64,000 nucleotides of DNA from an uncultured SAR86 cluster bacterium (GCA_963926355.1 CAWUWW010000001.1:247739-311738); one strand, 5' to 3'; shown: positions 48,990 through 58,081, counted from the stretch's first letter. Program-made: numbers and translations. The notes: a model not told the origin generated them from the letters alone.

Positions 48990-49903
48990 TGGATATTAGA
49001 TTCCAGTTCATGAAATACCGAAGAATGGCTGCTATTGCATCCATTGCTATTTTTACTATATCGGTTCTCTCTCTTGGATTTAGAGGCCTTAGCCTTGGCT
49101 TGGACTTCAGTGGCGGTACCTTGGTTGAGGTTAGCTATGAAACTCCTGTAAATCTTGAGGTTATTAGAAATACTTTAATAGACAATGGTTACGATGATTC
49201 ACAGGTTGTTAACTTTGGATCCAATCTTGACGTTCTTATTAAGGTTGCAGATCAAAACGGAAATAGTTCTATCGGCGACAATATTTTTAAAATCCTTGAA
49301 GCCGAAGGCTTTAAAGGCGAACTTAAAAGAGTTGAGTTTGTTGGCCCTCAGGTTGGTGCCGAGCTCAGAGACCAAGGCGGTCTTGGAATGCTTGTAGCCC
49401 TTTTTATGATTTTATTTTACGTAGCCTTTAGATTTCAGTACAAGTTTGCCTTAGGTGCGGTAGTGGCACTGGGTCATGATGTTGTTATTATTCTTGGCCT
49501 ATTTTCTATCTTTGCTTGGGATTTTGACCTAACAGTTTTAGCAGCTCTCCTAGCTGTTATTGGCTATTCACTGAACGACACCATTGTTGTTTCAGATAGG
49601 ATAAGAGAAAACTTCAGAACAGAAAGAGTTATGGAGCCTGAGGAAATGATAGACCTTTCACTCAACCAGACCCTAGGAAGAACCGTAGTTACTTCATTAA
49701 CTACTTTATTGGTTCTATTTGCTCTATTTATATTTGGTGGGGAGATGATCAAAGGCTTTAGTTTAGCCTTGATACTAGGCGTCCTTGTTGGTACCTATTC
49801 TTCCATCTATGTCGTGGCTAACATGCTAATGTCATTAACTCTTACCCAAGAGGATTTAGCGATTCCAGAGCCAGAAGGCGCTGATCTTGATGAACTTCCT
49901 TAG
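48989..49903 (+). CDS. secF: protein translocase subunit SecF
   Basis: LGLDFSGGT motif and a 6-TM core. TAATG overlap with secD. Confidence 0.95.
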   Translation: MDIRFQFMKYRRMAAIASIAIFTISVLSLGFRGLSLGLDFSGGTLVEVSYETPVNLEVIRNTLIDNGYDDSQVVNFGSNLDVLIKVADQNGNSSIGDNIFKILEAEGFKGELKRVEFVGPQVGAELRDQGGLGMLVALFMILFYVAFRFQYKFALGAVVALGHDVVIILGLFSIFAWDFDLTVLAALLAVIGYSLNDTIVVSDRIRENFRTERVMEPEEMIDLSLNQTLGRTVVTSLTTLLVLFALFIFGGEMIKGFSLALILGVLVGTYSSIYVVANMLMSLTLTQEDLAIPEPEGADLDELP

Positions 49904-50697
49904 TCTTTAAAGTAAGGTTTTACAGATTTTAAGATAGATTTATATACCTTAGGTGTAGAACATACGAAATGGTCACTCTCTAGGTATTTAGGGTCGCCGT
50001 TAAAGTTACTTATCAAAGCACCAGATTCCTGAGCAATCAACAAGCCTGCAGCAACATCCCAAAGCTTAACGCCGTGAGCCCACATACCATCAAGCCTTCC
50101 TGTAGAAATATAAGCTAGATCAAGAGCAATGGACCCAGAGTTTCTTATAGCAAGATCTTGGTTTGCTAACTCTTTGTATGTTTGGTTGAAGTCATAGTTG
50201 TATTCTTTAGGAGCTTCTTTAGTCGTTGAGTAGGCAAGAATAGAATCTTTCAAACCGTTCTGTTTACTCACTCTTATTTTACCGTTGTTAAGGTCGCCAC
50301 CAGATCCTCTAGATGCTGAAAACTCCTCTCTTCTTATCGGATCAATAATTACAGCTGTCGTAGGTACTTTATCTATAAGTGAGCAAAGGGATAGTGCAAA
50401 GTGAGGATATCCGTTTATGAAATTGACCTCTCCGTCAATTGCTTTGAGAACCCAAGTTATATTTGAGTTATTTATTTCTTCGCCAGTCATTGAACCTAGA
50501 AAATTATCTTCAGGGTAGAACCGTCTTATTTCCTCGATAACCATCTCTTCAACTCTTCGTATTATTGCCTCAAGATAACCCTCTGGACCGCCCTTGGAGA
50601 CATCAAGACTGTGAACTTTCTTCACAGCAAACTCAAGCTCGTTAGCACCTTTTCTGGCCGCGAGTTGGTTTACATTTAATAAAGCTGGTATAGACAT
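49900..50697 (-). CDS. suhB: inositol monophosphatase family protein (SuhB-like)
   Basis: WVLKAIDGEVNF (the DPIDGT equivalent) and WDVAAG motifs. It is divergent from trmJ, as in E. coli. Confidence 0.85.
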   Translation of the reverse strand: MSIPALLNVNQLAARKGANELEFAVKKVHSLDVSKGGPEGYLEAIIRRVEEMVIEEIRRFYPEDNFLGSMTGEEINNSNITWVLKAIDGEVNFINGYPHFALSLCSLIDKVPTTAVIIDPIRREEFSASRGSGGDLNNGKIRVSKQNGLKDSILAYSTTKEAPKEYNYDFNQTYKELANQDLAIRNSGSIALDLAYISTGRLDGMWAHGVKLWDVAAGLLIAQESGALISNFNGDPKYLESDHFVCSTPKVYKSILKSVKPYFKD

Positions 50698-50732
50698 GTC
50701 GCTATTGTAATGGAAATGGAGATAATAGTGCC

Positions 50733-51458
50733 ATGAGTTTGAAAAGTAATTTAATAAACATTGTTTTGATCGAAACCTCTCATCCAGGAAACATAGGCTC
50801 TGTTGCTCGAGCCATGAAAACTATGGGTCTTTCAAGACTTTCATTGGTAAACCCTAGAAAATATCCTTCGCCTGAGGCTGAAGCTCTTTCAGGAAATGCT
50901 GAGGATGTCCTGGCAAACGCAACCGTTTATAGTTCAATAGAAGAGGCTATAAAAGATAGCACCTTTGTTTATGCAACCTCGTCGAGGAATAGAACAATCC
51001 AATGGCCAACAGTAAACGCAGAGGAGGGCGCCTCAATAATCTGTGATCAAATTCATAGCGATAAAGAGATATCTATTTTGTTTGGCAGAGAGGACAGAGG
51101 GTTAACAAACGAAGAACTCCAATTAGCAAACACTCATATTGAAATACCAGCGAATCCTGAGTACCCAGTTTTAAACTTAGCTATGTCAGCGCAGATAGTG
51201 GCCTATGAAATTCTCAAGGCATCTACTAATACAGAATCAAGAGAGTGGCAGGATTATCCGGAAGTAGATTCAGAGAACCTGCAAATGCTTATTGATCACT
51301 TTATTGAAACTGCGGTCAGCATAGATGTTATTCGTAAAGACAGGCCAAAGAAGATTATTTCCAGAATTAAGCGCATGTTTACCAGACTTCATCCCGATGA
51401 AATGGAGACCAGTTTTATGAGAGGCTTCCTCTCAGCGATAAATAAGAAAATTAAATAG
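50733..51458 (+). CDS. trmJ: tRNA (cytidine/uridine-2'-O)-methyltransferase TrmJ
   Basis: SPOUT N-terminus (VLIETSHPGNIGSVARAMKTMG) and LFGREDRGLTNEEL. Confidence 0.85.
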   Translation: MSLKSNLINIVLIETSHPGNIGSVARAMKTMGLSRLSLVNPRKYPSPEAEALSGNAEDVLANATVYSSIEEAIKDSTFVYATSSRNRTIQWPTVNAEEGASIICDQIHSDKEISILFGREDRGLTNEELQLANTHIEIPANPEYPVLNLAMSAQIVAYEILKASTNTESREWQDYPEVDSENLQMLIDHFIETAVSIDVIRKDRPKKIISRIKRMFTRLHPDEMETSFMRGFLSAINKKIK

Positions 51459-51468
51459 TTTTATCTCT

Positions 51469-51496
51469 TTGCTAATTGGTTTTGATTCCATATAAT
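51469..51496 (+). promoter_or_regulatory. sigma-70 promoter for tRNA-Glu
   Basis: TTGCTA, then 16 nt, then a perfect TATAAT, followed by a GC-rich discriminator (CGCTTCGC). It ends 14 nt before the tRNA. Confidence 0.4.
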
Positions 51497-51510
51497 ACGC
51501 TTCGCATCTA

Positions 51511-51586
51511 GTCCCGTTCGTCTAGAGGCCTAGGACACCGGGTTTTCATCTCGGCAACAGGGGTTCGACTCCCCTACGGGATACCA
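51511..51586 (+). tRNA. tRNA-Glu (anticodon TTC)
   Basis: GTCCCGTTCGTCTAGAGGCCTAGGACACCGGGTTTTCATCTCGGCAACAGGGGTTCGACTCCCCTACGGGATACCA closely parallels E. coli tRNA-Glu. Confidence 0.9.
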
Positions 51587-51596
51587 TCTTTCTAAG

Positions 51597-51620
51597 AAGC
51601 CTACATTAGTGGGCTTTTTT
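51597..51620 (+). terminator. intrinsic terminator after tRNA-Glu
   Basis: AAGCCTAC-ATTA-GTGGGCTT hairpin followed by TTTT. Confidence 0.6.
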
Positions 51621-51639
51621 ATGCCTTTAAGAAAAAAAT

Positions 51640-51725
51640 GTACCTACATTGCTACCGCTTTGTACCCACATGTTTAACTAAATAAAGTACCTACATTTCA
51701 TTTTATTTGTACCTAATTTGTACCT
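51640..51725. repeat. GTACC-core repeat array
   Basis: GTACCTACATT occurs twice (51640, 51687). TTTGTACC occurs three times (51659, 51706, 51717, the last two 11 nt apart). CCTACATT also occurs in the tRNA terminator stem (51600). Confidence 0.5.
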
Positions 51726-51763
51726 TTTTCATATTTCTATTTCCATAGGGGTGGGCAGGAGTA

Positions 51764-51785
51764 CCATCGGGGTGGATGGTTTTTT
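51764..51785 (+). terminator. terminator-like hairpin plus T6
   Basis: CCATC-GGGGTG-GATGG is followed by TTTTTT. A second hairpin, GGGCAG-N8-CTGCCC, lies at 51807-51826. Confidence 0.35.
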
Positions 51786-51842
51786 CATAGATTGCCTTCT
51801 TATGAAGGGCAGCATTTTAACTGCCCAGTCTTTTGATATTAG

Positions 51843-52187
51843 TTACTCTTTGTTTTTACAGTTCATTGGCAAAGCTCTTTCAATAGCTATCACCTCACCT
51901 TTTACTTGAGCTAAATCACCTTCAACTGCAGCACCAGTAATTTTTGAAATTGGCACAGCAAACAAAAAGACTCCCCATGAATCTTGTCTGGCAGCTTTAT
52001 CTTGAGCTTCCGAAAGAGTTGTTAGGTCGCTTCTTTTTTGACTTAATAGTGTTGTTGTCTCTTCGCATGTAAGGCTTGTATATTCTGATGAGCTAACAGA
52101 CATAGGAGCAACTCCACTTGCTCTTGTAGCGCATGATGATATGACAATTACTGAAAGTGTCAGAAGGGTTAAGTTTTTTGTATTCAT
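51843..52187 (-). CDS. lipoprotein, conserved hypothetical (114 aa)
   Basis: The internal ATG at 52187 gives a signal peptide with lipobox VISSC and an AAGG SD. The upstream part of listed ORF 51843..52274 is low-complexity and overlaps the repeat array. Confidence 0.6.
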   Translation of the reverse strand: MNTKNLTLLTLSVIVISSCATRASGVAPMSVSSSEYTSLTCEETTTLLSQKRSDLTTLSEAQDKAARQDSWGVFLFAVPISKITGAAVEGDLAQVKGEVIAIERALPMNCKNKE

Positions 52188-52261
52188 AGTATTTACCTTT
52201 AGATGTATATAGATATTTAATATCACACAGATACAGAGTAATGATTGCTTATAACGCCTAC

Positions 52262-52304
52262 TTAAAAGTACCATATTAAAAGTACGGTATTAAAAGTACT
52301 TTTA
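52262..52304. repeat. three tandem 14-bp repeats TTAAAAGTACNNNN (candidate operator)
   Basis: The units are TTAAAAGTACCATA, TTAAAAGTACGGTA and TTAAAAGTACTTTT. The last forms the perfect 14-bp palindrome TAAAAGTACTTTTA (52291-52304). The array sits in the divergent promoter spacer. Confidence 0.6.
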
Positions 52305-52352
52305 TATCTATTTTTTGGTACTATTTATATAAATAAAATTAAAACATACATT

Positions 52353-52640
52353 TTGACTAATGAAAATTTAATAGATATATACACTAATAAGACATCCGAT
52401 TCCTTGGACATGGGTGCTTTAATCTTGATGCAGGAATTACAAAAAAGTTCTTTAATCTGTATGGATGATATTAAATTGCTTTTAAAGATTTCCAATACAA
52501 AGCTTAAAAAGATAATAAATCAGATTAGTTCAAAGGATTTTATTTTAATTACAAAAGACCCTAAAGATGGAAGAAGAAAACTTGTAAAACTTTCCACAAA
52601 CGGTGAAAAATTTATATCTGAATTTAATTACCCATCCTAA
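52353..52640 (+). CDS. small winged-helix (MarR-like) DNA-binding protein, 95 aa
   Basis: An HTH-like segment (MDDIKLLLKISNTKLKKIINQISSKDFI) is followed by a MarR-type wing (KDPKDGRRKLVKLSTNGEKF). TTG start. Confidence 0.6.
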   Translation: MTNENLIDIYTNKTSDSLDMGALILMQELQKSSLICMDDIKLLLKISNTKLKKIINQISSKDFILITKDPKDGRRKLVKLSTNGEKFISEFNYPS

Positions 52641-52684
52641 ACAATGTATTTTATTTTGACAAATGGTTATGGCATTATTGAAGG

Positions 52685-52759
52685 ATGAAAAAACTCCTAG
52701 CTCCATTACTTCTATTTGGGATTGTTGGTTGTTCAACTACTGGCAGTGGCGGATGTTAA
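52685..52759 (+). CDS. candidate 24-aa mini-lipoprotein (not in ORF track)
   Basis: MKKLLAPLLLFGIVGCSTTGSGGC has a signal peptide with lipobox IVGC. AAGG abuts the ATG, which is poor spacing. The stop overlaps the convergent gene end. Confidence 0.2.
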   Translation: MKKLLAPLLLFGIVGCSTTGSGGC

Positions 52760-53754
52760 GCTGAATGATCATCTATCTTGACGATAACACATCCCCCAAA
52801 ACCACCCTTCTCAATAAGTTGGTGAGATTCTGCAACTCTTTCTAGAGGAACGATATGAGCAATTCTATGTTGGAGCTTTTCTTGTTCTAATGCTTTGTTG
52901 ATATCATGAATGGCCTGGAGTTTAGCTGATTCTGGCATGGCATATACAATTACCATTCGAAGGGTTATGTCCATAAACATCATGCGGATAAATGGGAGTT
53001 GGGGCTCCTTTACAACTGTTGATGAATAGGTTGCAATGACTCCATTAGTGGCAATGCATTCAAGAACCTCAGGCAAATTCATGCCAAATTCCACATCAAT
53101 AACTCGATTAATTTTTTCGCCGCCCGTAGCCTCTAATACTTGCTTTGACCAGTTTGAATCTCGGTGATTGACCACTGCACTTGCCCCTAGACTTAAGCAG
53201 AGTGCGCGATCCTCAGGATTGCTAGCTGTGGCAATTACCTTGGCCCCTGCTATTTTTGCCCACTGTATGGCGTAATAACCGACCCTACCAGCACCACCAG
53301 TAACTAATACCGTTTGATTAACAATATCGCCATCTGAAAAAACACACCTATGTGCCGTCATCACGGGAATGCCTAGGCAAGCGCCAACATGAAAATCAGT
53401 ATTATCTGGCAACTTAACTGCTCGAGTAGAATCTAAAGCAATATATTCAGCAGCTGTGCCCAGCAAGCGCCCATATTGAGCCTGATACACCCAAACTCGC
53501 TCGCCAACACGATTAATGTCGACTCCTTCACCTACGGATTCGATAACACCAGCTCCATCGCTGTGAGGAATGACCAAACCATTATCAAGAAGATTGGAAA
53601 ATGCCCCAGCTCTTTTTTTCACATCCGAAGGGTTCACGCCACTGGTAGATAGTTTAATTAACACTTCTCCATGGTTCGCACTAGGCTTTGGTTGAGTGCC
53701 AATTTGTATCACATCTTTGGCTGACCCAAATGAATTAAACCAGGTCGCTTTCAT
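52756..53754 (-). CDS. NADPH:quinone oxidoreductase / zinc-type alcohol dehydrogenase superfamily (MDR)
   Basis: GroES-like N-domain (GEVLIKLSTSGVNPSD) and Rossmann motif VTGGAGRVG. Confidence 0.85.
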   Translation of the reverse strand: MKATWFNSFGSAKDVIQIGTQPKPSANHGEVLIKLSTSGVNPSDVKKRAGAFSNLLDNGLVIPHSDGAGVIESVGEGVDINRVGERVWVYQAQYGRLLGTAAEYIALDSTRAVKLPDNTDFHVGACLGIPVMTAHRCVFSDGDIVNQTVLVTGGAGRVGYYAIQWAKIAGAKVIATASNPEDRALCLSLGASAVVNHRDSNWSKQVLEATGGEKINRVIDVEFGMNLPEVLECIATNGVIATYSSTVVKEPQLPFIRMMFMDITLRMVIVYAMPESAKLQAIHDINKALEQEKLQHRIAHIVPLERVAESHQLIEKGGFGGCVIVKIDDHSA

Positions 53755-53794
53755 AACAATCTCCTAAAATATAAATGTGTTTAATAATTATTTC

Positions 53795-54571
53795 TTACAG
53801 CCAGTTTGATAGTCCTTCAGTGTGGCCATCGATAGGAATTGCCTGACCTGAAATATGTTTAGCAGAATCTGAGCATAAAAAAATAACCGTCTGAGCAATA
53901 TCCTCCGCCTCAATAAAGACACGCATAGAATTTTGTCTTTGATATACATCACGAATTGATTCTGTTGAAACATTTCGTTCTTTAGCATCTTTAATAATCA
54001 CACTGTCAATACGAGGTCCATGCACGCTGCCTGGACAAATAGCATTAACACGAACTCCAAAAGGCCCCATTTCCATAGCCCAAGTTTTAGTCAACCCAAT
54101 AATAGCCCATTTTGAGGCAACGTAAGGTGATCTCAGAGGGCAACCAAATAATGCTGCATTTGAAGCCATATTAATCATTACTCCTTTGGATTCTTTTAAC
54201 AGTGGAACTGCTTTGCGAGTAACATAAAAGATGCTATTAAGATTAATGTTTATTGTCTGATCCCAATCAGCAGAATCAATATTTTCAACCAAAGCTGTGG
54301 GCCCTGATACCCCTAAATTATTTATTAAAACATCAAGTGCTCCATGCAAGCGGTTTAAATCTTCAAAAACTTGATCGACTTGATCAATGTCTGATATATC
54401 TGCCAAGGTTGATGTTATTGCTGGAATCTCAAGGGCTAGCTTTGCGATCGCTTGAGATGAAATATCACAAATATGCACCCGAGCTCCAGCCGCCAAAAAA
54501 GCTTTGGCAATGACAAGACCAATTCCTGAGGCGCCAGCCGTAACTAAGACGCTGGGTATTTTTTTAGTCAT
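53795..54571 (-). CDS. SDR-family oxidoreductase
   Basis: TAGASGIG, NNLG and YVASKWA motifs. Confidence 0.9.
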   Translation of the reverse strand: MTKKIPSVLVTAGASGIGLVIAKAFLAAGARVHICDISSQAIAKLALEIPAITSTLADISDIDQVDQVFEDLNRLHGALDVLINNLGVSGPTALVENIDSADWDQTININLNSIFYVTRKAVPLLKESKGVMINMASNAALFGCPLRSPYVASKWAIIGLTKTWAMEMGPFGVRVNAICPGSVHGPRIDSVIIKDAKERNVSTESIRDVYQRQNSMRVFIEAEDIAQTVIFLCSDSAKHISGQAIPIDGHTEGLSNWL

Positions 54572-54734
54572 GTAGCTAGTTTAAAGGATTTCTAATGAAC
54601 TGACATCACAAAATTTAACTCAATCTAACTCATCTCCCTCAAACAGATTCAGGTACAAAAGTGAGATGGCATTAAGTTATATAGGTTTAATCTAATCAAC
54701 TATCAACTCAAAATTATGAAAATATATTTTTAAA

Positions 54735-56213
54735 TTATTTATCTGCCGATGCATGTTTAACTGAGTAAATCATCATTGCTAAAAATATTCCAAGCAGGGG
54801 GATAGAGCAAAGTAATAAGATATTTTTTGTTACCTCCAGCCCATCGACCACTAGAAATAACGCAGGCTGAATAACCAAGATGAGCGCAAAAATAATTCTT
54901 ATAAATACATCAGGTGAATGACTCATTGATTTCATTGAAGAGGAAGCTAAAACATAAACACATGAATCATAGGTGGTGCATAGGAAAATAATCATCACTA
55001 TTCCATAGAGAATAAGAGGAAGATTTCCACCTGGCAATGTTTCAAGAATTTGTATAATCGCTTGATTGGATTCCCCATTACCAATTAGCTGAGGAATATC
55101 AAGGATGTTATTTTCATAAAGGATAAATGAATAGTTGCCCAGAATCATAAAGTGAAGCATGCATCCAATAGCGCCTATAAAAATTGTTCCAAGGATTAGT
55201 TGTCTAAGCGTTTTCCCGTTCGAAATATTAACAATAAATGCACCGACAAAAGGAGCCAAAGCCATCCACCATGCCCAGTAGAAGACAGTCCAGTTTTGTA
55301 CGAAGCTATCGCCTGTGTAGGTGCTCATTCGTATAAAATATGTAACAAGTATTCCTAATGACTCCAGCGAATAATGAAAAATTTGTTGGGTGGGACCAAA
55401 GACTAAAACAAATATTAAAAGATTTACAATTAAAAAAATGTTTACTTGGCTGAGTCTTTTAATACCCTTGTTTAAACCAAGCGCTACACTGGTGGTGAAG
55501 ATTGCAAGACACAGCAATAAAATTGCTCCCTCAAACCATGGAGTTGCCTCAATGCTTAAAACCGAAGAAAAGATTTGTGCAATTAAAGGGAAGGATAGCC
55601 CTATGGCAATGCCTGCTCCAGAAATTATGCTGAGGATAAAGATAAGATCTAGAAGCCACCCAAATAACCTAAGTAAGTTAGATTGAGTCTGATGAAAAAA
55701 GATCCCACTGAATGTTAACTTGCTATCAGGATTTTTATTTAAACTGATTGCAAATGCAAGAGCGGGCAGGCAAAAAATTGCCCACCCAGTAAGACCCCAA
55801 TGAAAATTAGAGTAGGTTCTTGCGAATGCAAAGTGTTCTTGAGAAAAATTTTCTAGTCCAAAGGGAGGCTCATTTAAATAATAAGCCCACTCTATGGGTG
55901 ACCAGAACATGATTGAAGCACCCATCCCGGCTGCAAAGAGCATCATGATCCAAGTGAAGAAGGGGTATTCATCTTTTGCCTTTAACTTTATTGTGATGGC
56001 ACCTTTTTTGGATAAAGCAAACATTAATAAGAATGCTACTAATAATAAGCTTCCATATTGAAAGGCACTTTCAAAAAATTTTGCAGCCAGCTGATAAAGG
56101 GAATTGAGCTGCATTGCAGATAATTCAGGATTGATTAACACATAGGAGCTGATGCTTAATGAGATAATAATCGTCATTGCGATGAGTGAAATATTCCATT
56201 TGTCTGTCTTCAT
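54735..56213 (-). CDS. BCCT-family (betaine/carnitine/choline) transporter
   Basis: The signature WTVFYWAWWMALAPFVGAFIVNIS is present, with 12 TM segments. Confidence 0.9.
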   Translation of the reverse strand: MKTDKWNISLIAMTIIISLSISSYVLINPELSAMQLNSLYQLAAKFFESAFQYGSLLLVAFLLMFALSKKGAITIKLKAKDEYPFFTWIMMLFAAGMGASIMFWSPIEWAYYLNEPPFGLENFSQEHFAFARTYSNFHWGLTGWAIFCLPALAFAISLNKNPDSKLTFSGIFFHQTQSNLLRLFGWLLDLIFILSIISGAGIAIGLSFPLIAQIFSSVLSIEATPWFEGAILLLCLAIFTTSVALGLNKGIKRLSQVNIFLIVNLLIFVLVFGPTQQIFHYSLESLGILVTYFIRMSTYTGDSFVQNWTVFYWAWWMALAPFVGAFIVNISNGKTLRQLILGTIFIGAIGCMLHFMILGNYSFILYENNILDIPQLIGNGESNQAIIQILETLPGGNLPLILYGIVMIIFLCTTYDSCVYVLASSSMKSMSHSPDVFIRIIFALILVIQPALFLVVDGLEVTKNILLLCSIPLLGIFLAMMIYSVKHASADK

Positions 56214-56324
56214 TTTATATAGAGTAAGGTTTGTAGGAGATATTACGGAATGCTTGGTAATTTATCTTAGCATTTATGAGAAATGCATGGGAAAGTATTA
56301 TTTAATCTAAAAGTTATGAGACGA

Positions 56325-57287
56325 TCATAGCCATTTATTTTTCTTAAAGTAGCTAAGAAGACACAATGCAACTAGAGCCATTACCCCAATTAAAATAAAA
56401 TACGCATAAGGGTTGTGAAGCTCCGGCATGTTATCAAAGTTCATTCCATAGACCCCAGCTAAAAATCCTAAGGGTACAAAAATAGAAGTAACCACGGTAA
56501 GAATTTTCATAGTCTCATTAAGCTTGTGAGAAGTTAATGAAATATGGCCGTCAATCAGGTCGCCGGCCACATCGTAATACAGTCCGGATAAGCTGTTGAG
56601 GCGCTCAAACTTTTCAGAGACATCAATAACAGAATGCATGGCCTCTTTATGCTTGCCTCCTTCCTCTTTAAGGTGAACTAGCAGTTGTGTGAAAACTCTA
56701 TCGTGATAGCTATGCAGTCGTTTTAATTTGCGAAGAGAAGTTTTGTGATTAATCAGATTACGAAGTATTTCATCATCTGGTGAGCTGATAAGCCTTTCCT
56801 CATAATCTGATAGGGTTGGCTCAAAATTTAATAATAGGTCTATATAGTGCAATCCCATATCGTTAGCAATTGATGAAAATAAAACCATGGCTCCTTGTTT
56901 TATGGTTTTCTCAAGCCTGGGATTTTCATGCCATTGAGATATAGCTTTTGAATTATTATCATGACGCGTTATTAAAAAATTATCTCCAATAAAAAAAGCA
57001 ACCTGTTCTGAGGCAAAAGCAAGGTCACTATCATTCGAGCTAAGCTCACGCATCAAGACAAATGATTGATCTTCGAAATGTTCAGTTTTAGGAGGATGGC
57101 GTAAACGACGAGCATCTTTAATGGTAAGGGGATGAGAGGCAAATTGTTTAAAAATAACCTCTTCTATTTCGACTGGCTCAGCTTCAATATCAACCCAAAT
57201 GGAGGAGTTATTGTCTAAGGGTAAATTAATAAGCTCTTCCCCGCCAACTGAAAGCTTATCTCCATCGTAAAGAAAGACTTTTAACAT
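56325..57287 (-). CDS. corA: magnesium/cobalt transporter CorA
   Basis: YGMNF motif before the last TM segment, and a cytoplasmic N-domain. Confidence 0.9.
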   Translation of the reverse strand: MLKVFLYDGDKLSVGGEELINLPLDNNSSIWVDIEAEPVEIEEVIFKQFASHPLTIKDARRLRHPPKTEHFEDQSFVLMRELSSNDSDLAFASEQVAFFIGDNFLITRHDNNSKAISQWHENPRLEKTIKQGAMVLFSSIANDMGLHYIDLLLNFEPTLSDYEERLISSPDDEILRNLINHKTSLRKLKRLHSYHDRVFTQLLVHLKEEGGKHKEAMHSVIDVSEKFERLNSLSGLYYDVAGDLIDGHISLTSHKLNETMKILTVVTSIFVPLGFLAGVYGMNFDNMPELHNPYAYFILIGVMALVALCLLSYFKKNKWL

Positions 57288-57429
57288 ATGTAACTACCTT
57301 TAAGCGTTATGTAAATATTAGATATTAATTCTATAATTGTAATGTATGCCCCTTTAAATTTGATAGCCCTTTTGTTTTATATTTATATCCTTGATAGGCT
57401 GAAGTATTTCATTGTTTATAAGTGTATCT

Positions 57430-57699
57430 TTACCTTCCAGCAAAAGGGTTTCCGAAAATACCAACTGCCAGCTCTGCCCAGATCAACAGGAATATCAAAA
57501 CCGATATTCCAACTAGCAAAGCTTTATTCTTTGAGGATATTTCCTTCGAAATAATAAGATGAATACTTGTACTCATTAGCAGGAGCATTCCGCCCATAAG
57601 AAAAAAATCAAACAGGCTCCAGTTAACATCATCAGACAAAGCACTTCCAATTAAGGGAAGCAGTAATAAAAGGAGAGGGTAGAAAATTCTTTTTGACAT
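57430..57699 (-). CDS. small membrane protein (89 aa), hypothetical
   Basis: Three hydrophobic helices. It is preferred over the overlapping plus-strand ORF 57342..57554. Confidence 0.45.
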   Translation of the reverse strand: MSKRIFYPLLLLLLPLIGSALSDDVNWSLFDFFLMGGMLLLMSTSIHLIISKEISSKNKALLVGISVLIFLLIWAELAVGIFGNPFAGR

Positions 57700-57779
57700 A
57701 ATTAAATAATAACAAAATATGACAGCCGTTGCCTTGCTCTGATTTAGATTGTTGGCTAGAAACCTTTTCTTTAGATTAT

Positions 57780-57995
57780 CTAGAAGGTAGACAGATAAAG
57801 ACTCTCAACCCTTTCTCTTGCCCAGGGGGTTTGTCTAAGAAACTTTAATGATGATTTGATAGAGGGGTTGCTCTTAAAACAGTTGATATCAATGTGCTTT
57901 GCCAGGCCCTCCCACCCATGATAGTCAACCAGACTAGTAAGAAGGACCTGCAGCGTGACCCCGTGCAGAGGGTTATTAATTTGGTTTCCAGTCAT
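57780..57995 (-). CDS. DUF2132 / VF530-family protein
   Basis: [25 protein letters not shown] and [16 protein letters not shown] match the family pattern (recalled from memory). Confidence 0.75.
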   Translation of the reverse strand: MTGNQINNPLHGVTLQVLLTSLVDYHGWEGLAKHIDINCFKSNPSIKSSLKFLRQTPWARERVESLYLSTF

Positions 57996-58081
57996 GCCTC
58001 ATCATATCACTAGCAATTAAAATGGGATTAGGATTAGTGACTGGTCTTTAATTAGCTCAGAGAAATGAAACCCCATCTGAT

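Noticed and set aside
51718-51909. ORF 51718..51909 (+), 63 aa
   Set aside because: It spans two terminator-like hairpins and runs antisense into the 3' end of the lipoprotein gene. It has no SD and an implausible composition.
57342-57554. ORF 57342..57554 (+), 70 aa
   Set aside because: It overlaps the minus-strand 89-aa ORF, which has a clean three-helix membrane profile. I kept the minus-strand ORF instead.
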